The notes: generated by a model from the letters alone, not told the origin. 64,000 nt of DNA from Myxococcota bacterium (GCA_965140415.1 OZ223209.1:576001-640000), one strand, 5' to 3'; positions 40,337 to 50,044 are shown, numbered from the stretch's first letter. Numbers and translations: made by a program.

Positions 40337-40558
40337 TTATGGTGTGACCTCGTTTTCCAGCACCTCGTAATGCCGCGCCGGATAGTCGGAAAGGTTGCCG
40401 TCTTCGATCTGGCGGTCGATCAGTTCCGCATCGATTTGCCGCATCGCGGCGCGGGGCGCTTGTTCCGTGCGATCCTGATACGCCACCACCCACAGCAGCA
40501 TGACGCTCACGCACAGCACCAGTCCCAACAGGATGCGATCATGCCAGGCGCGTTTCAT
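40337..40558 (-). CDS. Small single-TM protein with GxLSDxPARHY motif
   Basis: GGAGG RBS, ATGA overlap with the upstream gene stop, TM helix, GNLSDYPARHY. Confidence 0.75.
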   Translation of the reverse strand: MKRAWHDRILLGLVLCVSVMLLWVVAYQDRTEQAPRAAMRQIDAELIDRQIEDGNLSDYPARHYEVLENEVTP

Positions 40559-41799
40559 GACGCACCTCCTGAAGATTCGATGGACTCACGTTCCCTGTGG
40601 TGGTCTTTGCCGTGCTTTTCCTCAACCTGCGGATTGGATGTGTTTTTTATATTCGGGATCGGGATCATCGTATGCAGTTTCCCGCACAATTCCAAACAGG
40701 CTCCGCTGGGACAGAAGAAACGGCACCAGAAACGCCGAAATACAGTGGAGGCAATAAGCACCACTATGGCAAAAATCATCAAAGGAAGTGGTGTCACCCA
40801 GGTGAACAGCGAACCGAAGGGTTCGAAAGCCGCAGCCGGATTCCATAACCACACCGCCACCAGCATCACCACGGAAAACAGAATCAGCCAGCGCAGCAAA
40901 CGCAGACGAGTGATCCATACCCCGCTTGGATGCAGAGCTAGCGGTGTCAGTCGATACCCGATTTCCTGCAAGGCACCAAAGGGACACAGGCGTTCGCAGT
41001 AGACCTGTCGTCCTCCCAGCGCAAATGCGAGCGCCACCGCGAGTAGCACAAGCGGTTCAAGCTGTACACCGCCCGGTAAGCCGAGGTGCATCAGGCGGAT
41101 GAATTGCGGCATGGAAATCGAGACGTTCAGCCATAGTCCGAATACGGCGACGCTTAGTAACCATGCCGCCCTGCGCCAGGGTGTCGTGCGCCTGAATGCA
41201 GCGATAATACCGACTAGCAGCGCAAGTATAAACAACGACAGGTTAACCGGCTCGATCTGAAAACGAGCAGGTTCCGCAGGTAATGCAAAGGAAAACCCAT
41301 AGCGTGTATTGGCCGCATAGCGCGCCGCCGAAAGGATATCCACTTTAGCCGCCTCGCTGGTAATCGTCGCTCCGCTTATGGCGTCTAAATCCTCGAACGA
41401 ATCTTTCAACATGCGCCCCTTGAAGGCATTGAAAAAGCCGGAGCGGACGAGGCTGGCAAAGTAGGCCGGGGTTTCATCGTGATGCAGTGGCAACACGTTT
41501 CCGATACGGCCATCGGGTGTCACACTGACGAGCAACGACATTTCCCCGTTATAACCACGCACGACCGGAGGTACCCGGTTGCTGCTCAGCGCAACACCTT
41601 GCTCCTCATTGCCTGTCCAGCCGACCGTTAAATATGTGGTGGCGTCATCCACCTCGAAACGTTGGGCGGAGGGCAGAACCGTTTCAAAATGCTTGGTTGT
41701 GGGCTGTTGGTCATATTGTGACAGCAACTGACACGTATTGATAAAAACCAGCCCAACGACCGCAATTAGAAACAGTAATGTACCGAATTTGTTGGTCAA
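40555..41799 (-). CDS. FMN-binding domain + 4Fe-4S membrane protein (NosR/NirI-like)
   Basis: GYNG, HDETP, DAISGATITS flavinylation motif; YCERLCPFGALQE and WCRFFCPSGA; TTG start with AGGAG RBS at 41799. Confidence 0.9.
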   Translation of the reverse strand: MTNKFGTLLFLIAVVGLVFINTCQLLSQYDQQPTTKHFETVLPSAQRFEVDDATTYLTVGWTGNEEQGVALSSNRVPPVVRGYNGEMSLLVSVTPDGRIGNVLPLHHDETPAYFASLVRSGFFNAFKGRMLKDSFEDLDAISGATITSEAAKVDILSAARYAANTRYGFSFALPAEPARFQIEPVNLSLFILALLVGIIAAFRRTTPWRRAAWLLSVAVFGLWLNVSISMPQFIRLMHLGLPGGVQLEPLVLLAVALAFALGGRQVYCERLCPFGALQEIGYRLTPLALHPSGVWITRLRLLRWLILFSVVMLVAVWLWNPAAAFEPFGSLFTWVTPLPLMIFAIVVLIASTVFRRFWCRFFCPSGACLELCGKLHTMIPIPNIKNTSNPQVEEKHGKDHHRERESIESSGGAS

Positions 41800-42063
41800 T
41801 TTCGTATCTCCTGTTACGAATTCGTATTGTAACCGGCTATAAATATCTGTCAAGAACGAACAAAGGTGTTGACAAAACAGATTCAATCCTATACATAATC
41901 GCTTTATCGACTTTACATATCCGATTTGTTTTGCTATAAAGTAAGTGCAATCGTGATAATTGTTTCAGATTGGTTTTAAGCCTGCTCCGTGTGGCGCGGG
42001 CCACCTGTTCGGAAGGTGGCAAGCAGCAGGAAAAGAAGTGAAGTCAATCCGCAGAGCGGGGAC

Positions 42064-43389
42064 ATGCAGCAATCACTGTTTGAACAAATTCATGGGTTGG
42101 TACAACTCCGAGATCTATCGGGACGGGTGAATTACGTCTCTCCCGCCGTCGGTGATTTGCTGGGTTATCAATCGGATGAATACGCCCGACGCTTTATGGA
42201 GTTGGTTGACGGTTCTCAAGAAGTCAATTTTTATGCCCGCTCGCTTTGGAAGCAGATCCGGGAAGGAAGTTATAACGGCCCGGACGAGTTACCCGCGTAT
42301 CATTTGGAAATCCCGACCAAAACCGGCGACAACAAGATTTTTGCAGTTCGCGAGCGCTTTGTACGCGAGAACGGCGAGCGTAGCGGATTGCTGGCGATCG
42401 GCATGGATGTTACCAGCGATTTCCGCGAACGGAATGAACTGTTAGGCCAAAGCCGGGAATTGTCGGTTACCAAACATATTCAGGATTGCATCGCCAATAG
42501 CCAGGACGAGTCCGAGTTGATGAAAACCTCGCTGGAATGCATTCTCTCCCTATTTGACTATAAACGGGGAGCGGTTTACCAACTGAATCGCACGGCCAGC
42601 CAAGCCACACTCATCCATCGGCAGGGTTTTTCAAGTGGTGATGTTGAAGCGCCGAAGTCATTTGCTCCACCCAAATTGATGCTTACTTCCGTTGCCGATA
42701 AACGAGCCAAGGCGATTTTGTTCGCTCCCGGCGATACCTGGCTGGAGCCAGTAGGCAGTATTGGAGAAAACCTGACCGGCCTGTTGCTGTTCATTAATCA
42801 TGCTCCCAGCGTGTTACTGACTATGACCGGACAATCCGAGTTCAGCCGACAAACACAGCATTTACTGCAATGCGTGGGAACCTTGCTTGCACAGGCGTTG
42901 CAAAGCAGACAGCAGCGCTTCTCGCCCACAAATCCGGATATCACCGATAGCGTAACCGGCTTTTACAACAGTAACTTCGTCAACGACTTTCTCAATCGGG
43001 AAGAGAATCTCGTTTCTCGTCATAAGCGCAGCGCCAGTGTCGTAATGTTGAATGCAAATGAAATTGCTCGAAACTTCAAGAGAGATTCTGAAGCACCATG
43101 GCGCAGTTTTGGGCAGCAACTCACTCACAGCGTTCGTTCCACCGATCTGGTGGCTCATTACAATGAAGATGCCTTGATGATCTACCTGCCCGAAACCGGT
43201 CGGCGAGGATCGGAAATCGTTCTCGACCGCTTATCCAAGCAGGGAATATTTAAAGTCGCTACGAAAACACAGGATAAATTCCCGATTTGCTCCGCCTCAA
43301 CGGAAACCAGCGCCAAACGTCTGCGCACTTTGGTTCACGAAGCGGCCATCGCCATTGCAACACCCCGGCGCAAGCCCATCGAGATCTAA
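42064..43389 (+). CDS. PAS-GAF-degenerate GGDEF sensor protein
   Basis: YVSPAVGDLLGY...DVT PAS; GAF-like middle; TDSVTGFYN, VRSTDLVAHYNEDALMIYLPET in place of RYGGDEF. Confidence 0.8.
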   Translation: MQQSLFEQIHGLVQLRDLSGRVNYVSPAVGDLLGYQSDEYARRFMELVDGSQEVNFYARSLWKQIREGSYNGPDELPAYHLEIPTKTGDNKIFAVRERFVRENGERSGLLAIGMDVTSDFRERNELLGQSRELSVTKHIQDCIANSQDESELMKTSLECILSLFDYKRGAVYQLNRTASQATLIHRQGFSSGDVEAPKSFAPPKLMLTSVADKRAKAILFAPGDTWLEPVGSIGENLTGLLLFINHAPSVLLTMTGQSEFSRQTQHLLQCVGTLLAQALQSRQQRFSPTNPDITDSVTGFYNSNFVNDFLNREENLVSRHKRSASVVMLNANEIARNFKRDSEAPWRSFGQQLTHSVRSTDLVAHYNEDALMIYLPETGRRGSEIVLDRLSKQGIFKVATKTQDKFPICSASTETSAKRLRTLVHEAAIAIATPRRKPIEI

Positions 43390-43469
43390 ACACAGATCAC
43401 CACACACGGCTTTCACCGCAAGAAATTGCGATCCTTCGATTATTGTGAACTTTCAGATGGATACGTGGA

Positions 43470-44630
43470 CTAATCTTGCAGTTGTCCCAGTTCCTTGAGT
43501 ACGGCCTCAAATCGTAGAATGACCGTGGAGGTCTGCTCTACCGTGCCCAGGTTCAATCGGAAACATCCGTTCAGTTGGGGGAAACTGCTGCGGTCACGAA
43601 CATATACGCCTTTATCGGCCAGAGCCTCTACGACTTCTTTGACGTTTTCCACTCGGACCATGACGTAGTTGGCGGGTGTCCAGAAGTATTCCAGGCCATG
43701 ACTTTCACACCAGCGACCCAGTAAGCGCTTGGAGCGGTCGACTTCGTCGATATAGCGCTCGTAGTAGTCCAGATCATCCAACGCGGCTCCGGCGGCGACC
43801 TGAGCGATTTGGTTCACACTCTTGGGATTGTACAGGCGGCTCAATTCCTTGATCGCGTTTGGCTGCGCAACCAGATAGCCAACTCGCAACCCGGCCAGAC
43901 CGAAGAGCTTGGAGAAGGTGCGTGTAATGAACACGTTTTCATGCTTGGCCACAAGATCGATCAAGCTGGCGCGGGCGAATTCGGCATAGGCTTCATCGAC
44001 TAAAATAATCGCTTGGGGAGCGGCCTGAATCAGCTTCTCAACATCCTGCTCGTCGTAAAGAACGCCGGTTGGATTGTTGGGATTGACCAGATAGATGATT
44101 TTGGTTTCCGGGGTCACGTGCGCGAGGATGTCCTCGATGTCCATCTTGAAGGCGTCTTCGAAAATCACCTTATCGATGATCGCTCCACGCGACTTGGCGA
44201 AAAGCAGGAAATGGGTGTAGGTCGGATAGGGAGATAACACCCGGTCGCCTGGATTCAAATAGGTTTTGCAGATCAAGTCCAGCGCGTCGTCCGAACCGTT
44301 GGAAACCAGAATATGGTCTGCCGGGTAGCCGACATAGCTCTGTAATTTCAGGCGCAGGTTATAGCTGAACAGTTCCGGATAGATGTTCAATCCCAGTTCG
44401 CCGTCGAGATATTGATGAATGGCCTTTTTCACGCCGGGCGCGGGCGGAATGGTACACTCGTTCCAGTCGAGTTTGAAATGCTCGATTTCAGGGCGTTCCA
44501 CGATGCGTGGCAAAGAGGAAACCGGTTCGTACGGTTGAATTCCCTTGACGACATCGGCAGCCTCGGGGCGAGCCTTCTCCAGGATATGAATCGTGCTGAT
44601 CTGTTCCTGCTTGACGCGAGCTGGTTTCAT
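43470..44630 (-). CDS. hisC: Histidinol-phosphate aminotransferase family (class I/II PLP) enzyme
   Basis: KLDWNE, NGSDD, NPNNPTG, VDEAYAEF, RTFSKLFGLAGLRVGY. Confidence 0.85.
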   Translation of the reverse strand: MKPARVKQEQISTIHILEKARPEAADVVKGIQPYEPVSSLPRIVERPEIEHFKLDWNECTIPPAPGVKKAIHQYLDGELGLNIYPELFSYNLRLKLQSYVGYPADHILVSNGSDDALDLICKTYLNPGDRVLSPYPTYTHFLLFAKSRGAIIDKVIFEDAFKMDIEDILAHVTPETKIIYLVNPNNPTGVLYDEQDVEKLIQAAPQAIILVDEAYAEFARASLIDLVAKHENVFITRTFSKLFGLAGLRVGYLVAQPNAIKELSRLYNPKSVNQIAQVAAGAALDDLDYYERYIDEVDRSKRLLGRWCESHGLEYFWTPANYVMVRVENVKEVVEALADKGVYVRDRSSFPQLNGCFRLNLGTVEQTSTVILRFEAVLKELGQLQD

Positions 44631-44788
44631 GAAAAACCTCGATATAAAATAAGTCGTTACAAACGCTTCGGCGCTGATTTTGCAGAAAACTGTAACGATG
44701 ATTTTTAGGTTCGGTTTCGGCTATAAGAACGTGTGGCGAAGAAGCTGATATGTAATAATCCCGGCCAAGCTTCCTCCCATAGTCCCGA

Positions 44789-44817
44789 ATGATACGAAAA
44801 GAGTTGTAAAAAGTCAA
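44789..44817 (-). promoter_or_regulatory. sigma70 promoter for hisC-like gene
   Basis: Minus strand TTGACT-17nt-TATCAT. Confidence 0.6.
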
Positions 44818-44963
44818 TCAAAAACAGGCTAGGGAAGGGTGAAAAGGCGCTAAAGGATACATAAATAGTCTTGACATTTTATATAATTATGTTGATATTT
44901 GTTAAACTTTGTAGGGACCGAAGACAAAGATAAAACTAATCGGTTTAGTTTTGTTCAAGCGCT

Positions 44964-47048
44964 TCAGCGCATCCACCTCAACACCAGCACCTCACCGACC
45001 AGCAACAACAACAACAGCCACATCAGCAAACCGGCCTGCTCGATGCGCTGCTCCGGTAGTCCTCCGCCAGCATTGGCAAGTAGTGCCCGCTCGCCGAAGA
45101 TCGCCGGGCGCTCGGCTTTTGGCAATACACGCAGATCCGATTCCGCCGGATCGACATTGACGGCGACCGTCCAGTTGTTCTTGCGATTGCTCACTGTGTA
45201 AAAGCCCGGTTGTTCCAAAGGAGGCGAGCCGGAGAGCTTGGAATCACTTGCTGAGTCCAAAGATAGTTTCTTGCCCTGGGGAGTTTTTATTGTCAACTTG
45301 CCGTTATCTCCCTTGGGGCGATAGCGGTCGCCGGTTACGAGCACTCGCAGTTCTTCGTCTTGCTGGCGACTATCGGCAATATGATGCGAAAGTTCCTGCA
45401 TCAACGGCAGAAAACCGGGTTGGATCGGGATATCGTTCCAACTGCGGCTGATGCTGCTTGTAAAGACCAGGCTGCGCCCCTGATCCACGGTGATTTCCAC
45501 CAGTGCCGGAGAATGATCGGTATAGCGCAGCAGAATGCGCTTGTCCCGCGTGGCATCGGGATCGAAGGTCATGTATTCACTGACTTTCGCCTCGTACAGG
45601 CTTTTTGCCGTGTCGTCGTCGAAGATGCGGAAAACCGGCTGGCGGTAGTCGAAACGACTTAAATAAACGGCGTCGCTGCGTCCGCTGGTGCTTTCGCTGG
45701 CGACTTTGGAGCCGCGCAGGTTGCCCGGTAACAGCGAGGCAAGCCGCTGATTGTAATTGTCCACATCCACTTCGGGACCGAAAGTCAGCACTGCCACCTT
45801 GCCGCTACGCACATAGGCCAACAGTTTTTCAGCTTGTGTGTCGGTGAACCTTGCAACATTACACAAGAAAATGATGTCGTAGCGCGACAGGTCGTTTGAA
45901 GCGAGGGCCGAGGGCGACACCACTTCCGGTGTGATCTGGCTGCGATTCAATCCTCCCGGATTGAGCGCTTCCTTTAAATAAAAGACTTCATCCAGATGCC
46001 GCGTGGTGCTGGGACGCCCATTGACCAGCAGCACCGTCAAATCTCTGGAAACATTCACCAATCCGAAACGGCGATTATCCGCCAGCAGCAGATCATCGGC
46101 TAAACTGGCTTCCAGCCGTACCGTTCCGCTTTGCTCGAAACGCTGGATGAACTCCTTGGTAACGCTCTGGAAAGGAGCGATATCCACAAAGCCGTCGGCG
46201 CGGCCCTGCTCGTTGGCCAGTAACGACAGTCCCAGCCCGGAAACCGGCTGTTCGCCGTAATTGGCGACCGTTACGGAAATCTTCCAGTCACGCAGGCCTG
46301 TGAAGAACGAGCGTTCGCTCTGCAAGTCCGTAATCGCCACGTTGGCAATCGAGGTGGCCTGGCGCACGTCGAGCAGAATGGGCAGGCTTTCCTGCTTGCC
46401 GGAAATGGTGAAATCCGTTTCATAACCGACGCGGGTGACATCGCCGATCAGATAGACGGCGCTCTTTGCCAGAGCCGAGCCTTGCGCCAGTAGACGCGCC
46501 TGATCCAGCGAGCGGGAGAAGTCGGTTTTTCGATAGCTGGGCTGCAACTCGTCCAATTCACGCAGTAGCCGCCCACGGTCGAAGGTCAACTCCACCAAAG
46601 AATCTTCATCCATCGGCGGCGAGGGCAATAAAGCGAAGTTGTCGCTGTCTCTAAAGCCTTGAATCAACTGCTTTACCTGCTCCCGAGCCAGTTCGAAAAG
46701 AGGTTTTCCCTGGGTCTGTGCCTGCATGGACAAGCTGCGGTCTACAATGAGAATGCGGCTGGTGGGGGTGAGATCGCTTTCGGCGGCGATGTGCTGCTGT
46801 TGTGGAAGCGTGTACGGACGCGCCAAGGCCAGCGCCAGAAAAGCCAGCAACAAGGTACGCAGCAATAATAAAAGCAATTGCTTGAGCTTCAGGCTGCGAG
46901 CCAGTCGGCGGTTGGACAATTGCACGAAATACGTGGCGGAAAAGCGGATGATGCGCGCCCGGCGGCGGTTGATCAGGTGAATGATCACCGGCAGTGCGGC
47001 AGCTAATAATCCCCATAGCATCCACGGATTGACGAACCCGATGTTCAC
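44964..47048 (-). CDS. BatA/vWA domain membrane protein
   Basis: LPVIIHLINRRR...F...LLLLLR..LARP (BatA N-term), DRSLSM MIDAS, C-terminal ESDL plus TM. Confidence 0.9.
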   Translation of the reverse strand: MNIGFVNPWMLWGLLAAALPVIIHLINRRRARIIRFSATYFVQLSNRRLARSLKLKQLLLLLLRTLLLAFLALALARPYTLPQQQHIAAESDLTPTSRILIVDRSLSMQAQTQGKPLFELAREQVKQLIQGFRDSDNFALLPSPPMDEDSLVELTFDRGRLLRELDELQPSYRKTDFSRSLDQARLLAQGSALAKSAVYLIGDVTRVGYETDFTISGKQESLPILLDVRQATSIANVAITDLQSERSFFTGLRDWKISVTVANYGEQPVSGLGLSLLANEQGRADGFVDIAPFQSVTKEFIQRFEQSGTVRLEASLADDLLLADNRRFGLVNVSRDLTVLLVNGRPSTTRHLDEVFYLKEALNPGGLNRSQITPEVVSPSALASNDLSRYDIIFLCNVARFTDTQAEKLLAYVRSGKVAVLTFGPEVDVDNYNQRLASLLPGNLRGSKVASESTSGRSDAVYLSRFDYRQPVFRIFDDDTAKSLYEAKVSEYMTFDPDATRDKRILLRYTDHSPALVEITVDQGRSLVFTSSISRSWNDIPIQPGFLPLMQELSHHIADSRQQDEELRVLVTGDRYRPKGDNGKLTIKTPQGKKLSLDSASDSKLSGSPPLEQPGFYTVSNRKNNWTVAVNVDPAESDLRVLPKAERPAIFGERALLANAGGGLPEQRIEQAGLLMWLLLLLLVGEVLVLRWMR

Positions 47049-47938
47049 GGCGCGCCCTCCCGCTTCTTCAAATAGGCCAATAGTGGCTGTTCGTGTGGTT
47101 GATTGCTGATTGCCTGCTGATAGCCGATGCCCGCCTGTAAACAGCCTTCTCGCAGCTTATCCAGAAATGAGCCGAACACCTTGCGGTATTCCTGCCGGAT
47201 GGCGTCCGGATCGGCCAGCAGCATCGCGTCGCTCTCCAGATCCTCGAACTGCGTCAGGTGATCGAAAGGCAGGTTCAATTCGTGGTCGTGCAGTACCTGA
47301 AAGAGCACCACGTCGTTCTTTCGCGCTCTAAGTCGCGCCAAAACGCGCTGAACGTCCCCTTCGGGGTCGAAGAAATCGGAAATCACGACCACCAGGTTGC
47401 GTCCGTGCAAAGTCTCGGCGGTGCGACCGATGGCTGCCGCCAGATCGGTCGTGCCTTGTGGCTGCATGCGCACCAGCGCTTCAAGCAATTCCTGATAGTG
47501 GCTGCTGGTGCCGCGCGGCGGAATGAAGGTGTTGACACTGCTGTTAAAAACCGTCAGTCCCGGTGCATCCTGCTGACGCAGCAGCAGATAGGCGAATGCC
47601 GCCGCCAATACTCGTGCATACTCCAACTTGTTTTCACTGCCTTCGCCATAGCCCATCGAGGCGGAATTATCCACCAGCAGGTAGCAGCGCAGGTTGGTTT
47701 CGTCCTCGAATTTCTTCACGTAGTAGCGATCCATCCGGGCATAGGCTTTCCAGTCGATATGCCGGATGTCGTCGCCGGGAGAGTATTCCTTGTGTTCGGC
47801 GAATTCGATGGAACTGCCGTGATGCGGGCTTTTGTGCAGACCGGTCAACACGCCTTCCACCACCGTGCGGGCGCGGATCTTCAAGTTCCCGATGCGGCTG
47901 AGCAGTTCGGGAGACAGCATGGGAGTATCGCTCGCCAT
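47045..47938 (-). CDS. DUF58 protein (MoxR-associated)
   Basis: GLHKSPHHGSSIEFAEHKEYSPGDDIRHIDWK, DNSASM, ISDF. Confidence 0.95.
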   Translation of the reverse strand: MASDTPMLSPELLSRIGNLKIRARTVVEGVLTGLHKSPHHGSSIEFAEHKEYSPGDDIRHIDWKAYARMDRYYVKKFEDETNLRCYLLVDNSASMGYGEGSENKLEYARVLAAAFAYLLLRQQDAPGLTVFNSSVNTFIPPRGTSSHYQELLEALVRMQPQGTTDLAAAIGRTAETLHGRNLVVVISDFFDPEGDVQRVLARLRARKNDVVLFQVLHDHELNLPFDHLTQFEDLESDAMLLADPDAIRQEYRKVFGSFLDKLREGCLQAGIGYQQAISNQPHEQPLLAYLKKREGAP

Positions 47939-48978
47939 CAGACCGGATCGGAAGGAATGGTGTCCAGCAATTGCCGAATCACGCTCGGAGTCTCAACGCC
48001 TTCGGCTTCGGCGTGGAAGTTCTTGATTACGCGATGTTGCAAAACCGGCACCGCCAGCGCCTGCACGTCTTCTCTCGATGCGTGGAAACGTCCGTTCAGG
48101 ATGGCGCGTGCTTTTGCACCCAGTATCAGATATTGCGAGGCGCGTGGTCCCGCTCCCCACTGCACCCATTTCTTGATGAACTCGGGCGCGCTGGGATCGT
48201 CGGGCCTTGTGGCACGCACCAGCTTGACGGCGTAGTCGATGACGTTTTCCGCCACCGGTACGCGTAGCACCAGCGATTGCAACGCCCGAATCTGACCGGG
48301 CGTCAGAATCTTGGCCAGTTCAGGCACATAGGTGCCGGTCGTGCTGGAGACGATGCGGCGCTCTTCGTCTTCGGAAGGATAATCCACGCCGATCATGAAC
48401 ATGAAGCGGTCCAATTGTGCTTCGGGCAGCGGGTAGGTACCCTCCTGCTCGATGGGATTCTGGGTGGCAAACACCAGAAAAGGCGGATCCAGCGGATAGG
48501 TTTTTCCCGCCGCCGTGACTTTGCGTTCCTGCATGGCCTGCAAAAGCGCCGCCTGGGTTTTGGGCGGCGTGCGGTTGATTTCGTCGGCCAGCAGAATATT
48601 GCAGAAAATCGGACCCTTGATAAAGTGGAACACGCGCTTGCCGGAGGTGCGATCTTCCTGCAAGACATCGGTGCCGGTAATATCGGATGGCATCAGATCC
48701 GGTGTAAACTGAATGCGGTTGAATTCCAGATTCAGTACATTGGCTAAGGTGCTGATCAGCAGGGTTTTCGCCAGGCCGGGTACGCCGACAAACAGGCCAT
48801 GTCCGCGAGAAAACAGCGCAATCAGCAACTGGTCGATGACCTCATCCTGCCCGATGATGACCTTGGCCACTTCGCGTTTAAGCGCTTTGTGGGCGCGGGC
48901 CACCTGTTCGACGCGCTTGACGTCGTCCGCCGTGCTCTGCTCGTCCTGAGTTGCGATTTCCAATTCAGCTTCAGCCAT
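47938..48978 (-). CDS. moxR: MoxR family AAA+ ATPase
   Basis: GVPGLAKT, RIQFTPDLMPSD, LADEINR, ATQNPIEQEGTYPLPEAQLDRF. Confidence 0.97.
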   Translation of the reverse strand: MAEAELEIATQDEQSTADDVKRVEQVARAHKALKREVAKVIIGQDEVIDQLLIALFSRGHGLFVGVPGLAKTLLISTLANVLNLEFNRIQFTPDLMPSDITGTDVLQEDRTSGKRVFHFIKGPIFCNILLADEINRTPPKTQAALLQAMQERKVTAAGKTYPLDPPFLVFATQNPIEQEGTYPLPEAQLDRFMFMIGVDYPSEDEERRIVSSTTGTYVPELAKILTPGQIRALQSLVLRVPVAENVIDYAVKLVRATRPDDPSAPEFIKKWVQWGAGPRASQYLILGAKARAILNGRFHASREDVQALAVPVLQHRVIKNFHAEAEGVETPSVIRQLLDTIPSDPV

Positions 48979-49107
48979 GTCCGCCTCGATTTCCCGTTAC
49001 ATCCAAATAAGTGAACAGAATATCAGAAGCCGGCGACCTTGCCAATAAAAAGCAAGGGGTGAAATTTGTATTGGGTGCATCACAGGAAATTGCGTCGATA
49101 CCCCAAG

Positions 49108-49165
49108 GATCGTGCGGGATTGTATCCCGCGCGTAACGCTTCGGATCAGAATGAAATCCTGATCC
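49108..49165. repeat. ~60-nt two-hairpin dispersed repeat, copy 2
   Basis: GATCGTGCGGGATTGTATCCCGCGCGTAACGCTTCGGATCAGAATGAAATCCTGATCC. Confidence 0.85.
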
Positions 49166-49227
49166 TTCCTATTAAACCTAAAAACGGCCTCCACCATAAT
49201 GGTTGTTCAGACGTTCAAAGAAATGTC

Positions 49228-49254
49228 TTGACATTGACCGACCGGTCGGTCAAT
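49228..49254 (+). promoter_or_regulatory. TetR operator (perfect 22-bp palindrome) adjacent to TTGACA
   Basis: ATTGACCGACCGGTCGGTCAAT at 49233-49254, 38 nt upstream of tetR ATG. Confidence 0.85.
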
Positions 49255-49292
49255 CTGTGGGCAGACTCAATCGACGTATCAGGAGGTAAACC

Positions 49293-49913
49293 ATGGCACC
49301 GATTCTTGTGGACAAGAAAGAAAAGAAAAACAAGATTGCGTTCGACAGTCTCCAGGTTTTCATGGAGACGGGCTTTGTCTCTGTGTCCATGCAGGAAGTC
49401 GCTCGGCGCATTGGTATCGGCAAGGGGACGATCTATGAATACTTCCGTTCGAAAGAAGAGCTGATCACCGCCGCGCTGGTTACGTGGATGGAATTGACCA
49501 GCGGCGGCCCGGAACAATTTGAAACCGAGCTTGATATAGACGATCCGATTGAGCGGCTGACCACCTATATCAACATGACCATGCGGCTCTACCAGGATGA
49601 CGAGCGCAACCTCAAGCTAATGGTGGCCATGATTCAACTTTGGGCGACTTCACCGGAGTTTTTCACCAAGAACGAAATCATCCGGCGCCTGTTCGAAGGG
49701 ATGCGCTATTATATGGTCGAGGCTCTGGTCGACGGCGCACGGCGGGGGCAATTCCGACCGGAAGTCGAGCAGCAGGCGGAAAAAATCGCCATCAATCTCG
49801 TGGCCTATCTGGACGGTTTGATGTTGCACGCCTATTTGAATCCGGGTTACATCGACCCAGAAACCCAGATTAATTTGTACTTGAAACCGTTTCTGGATTC
49901 GATAAAGGCGTAG
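49293..49913 (+). CDS. TetR/AcrR family regulator
   Basis: GFVSVSMQEVARRIGIGKGTIYEYFRSKEEL; AGGAGG RBS. Confidence 0.96.
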   Translation: MAPILVDKKEKKNKIAFDSLQVFMETGFVSVSMQEVARRIGIGKGTIYEYFRSKEELITAALVTWMELTSGGPEQFETELDIDDPIERLTTYINMTMRLYQDDERNLKLMVAMIQLWATSPEFFTKNEIIRRLFEGMRYYMVEALVDGARRGQFRPEVEQQAEKIAINLVAYLDGLMLHAYLNPGYIDPETQINLYLKPFLDSIKA

Positions 49914-49956
49914 AACCAATGTCGGGTAAGGTCTTGAAATTACGATGGATCAGGAT

Positions 49957-50021
49957 GTAGGATGGGGCAATTGCTTTGCCCATCAACATGAAAAGATGGG
50001 CATGACAGATGCCCATCCTAC
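49957..50021. repeat. GTAG-type REP doublet
   Basis: GTAGGATGGGGCAA...TTGCCCATC and inverted GATGGGCAT...ATGCCCATCCTAC between convergent genes. Confidence 0.75.
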
Positions 50022-50044
50022 TGCTATGGTCTTTCGATCCTCTT

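Noticed and set aside
44871-44900. TTGACA in an AT-rich patch pointing antisense into the vWA gene
   Set aside because: No convincing -10 at proper spacing and no downstream gene; cannot support an sRNA
44964-48978. MoxR-DUF58-vWA operon as a novel system
   Set aside because: Well-known conserved gene trio
49066-49464. ORFs sharing AGLYPARNxSDQ with 63405-63713
   Set aside because: Similarity comes from translating the non-coding 60-nt repeat
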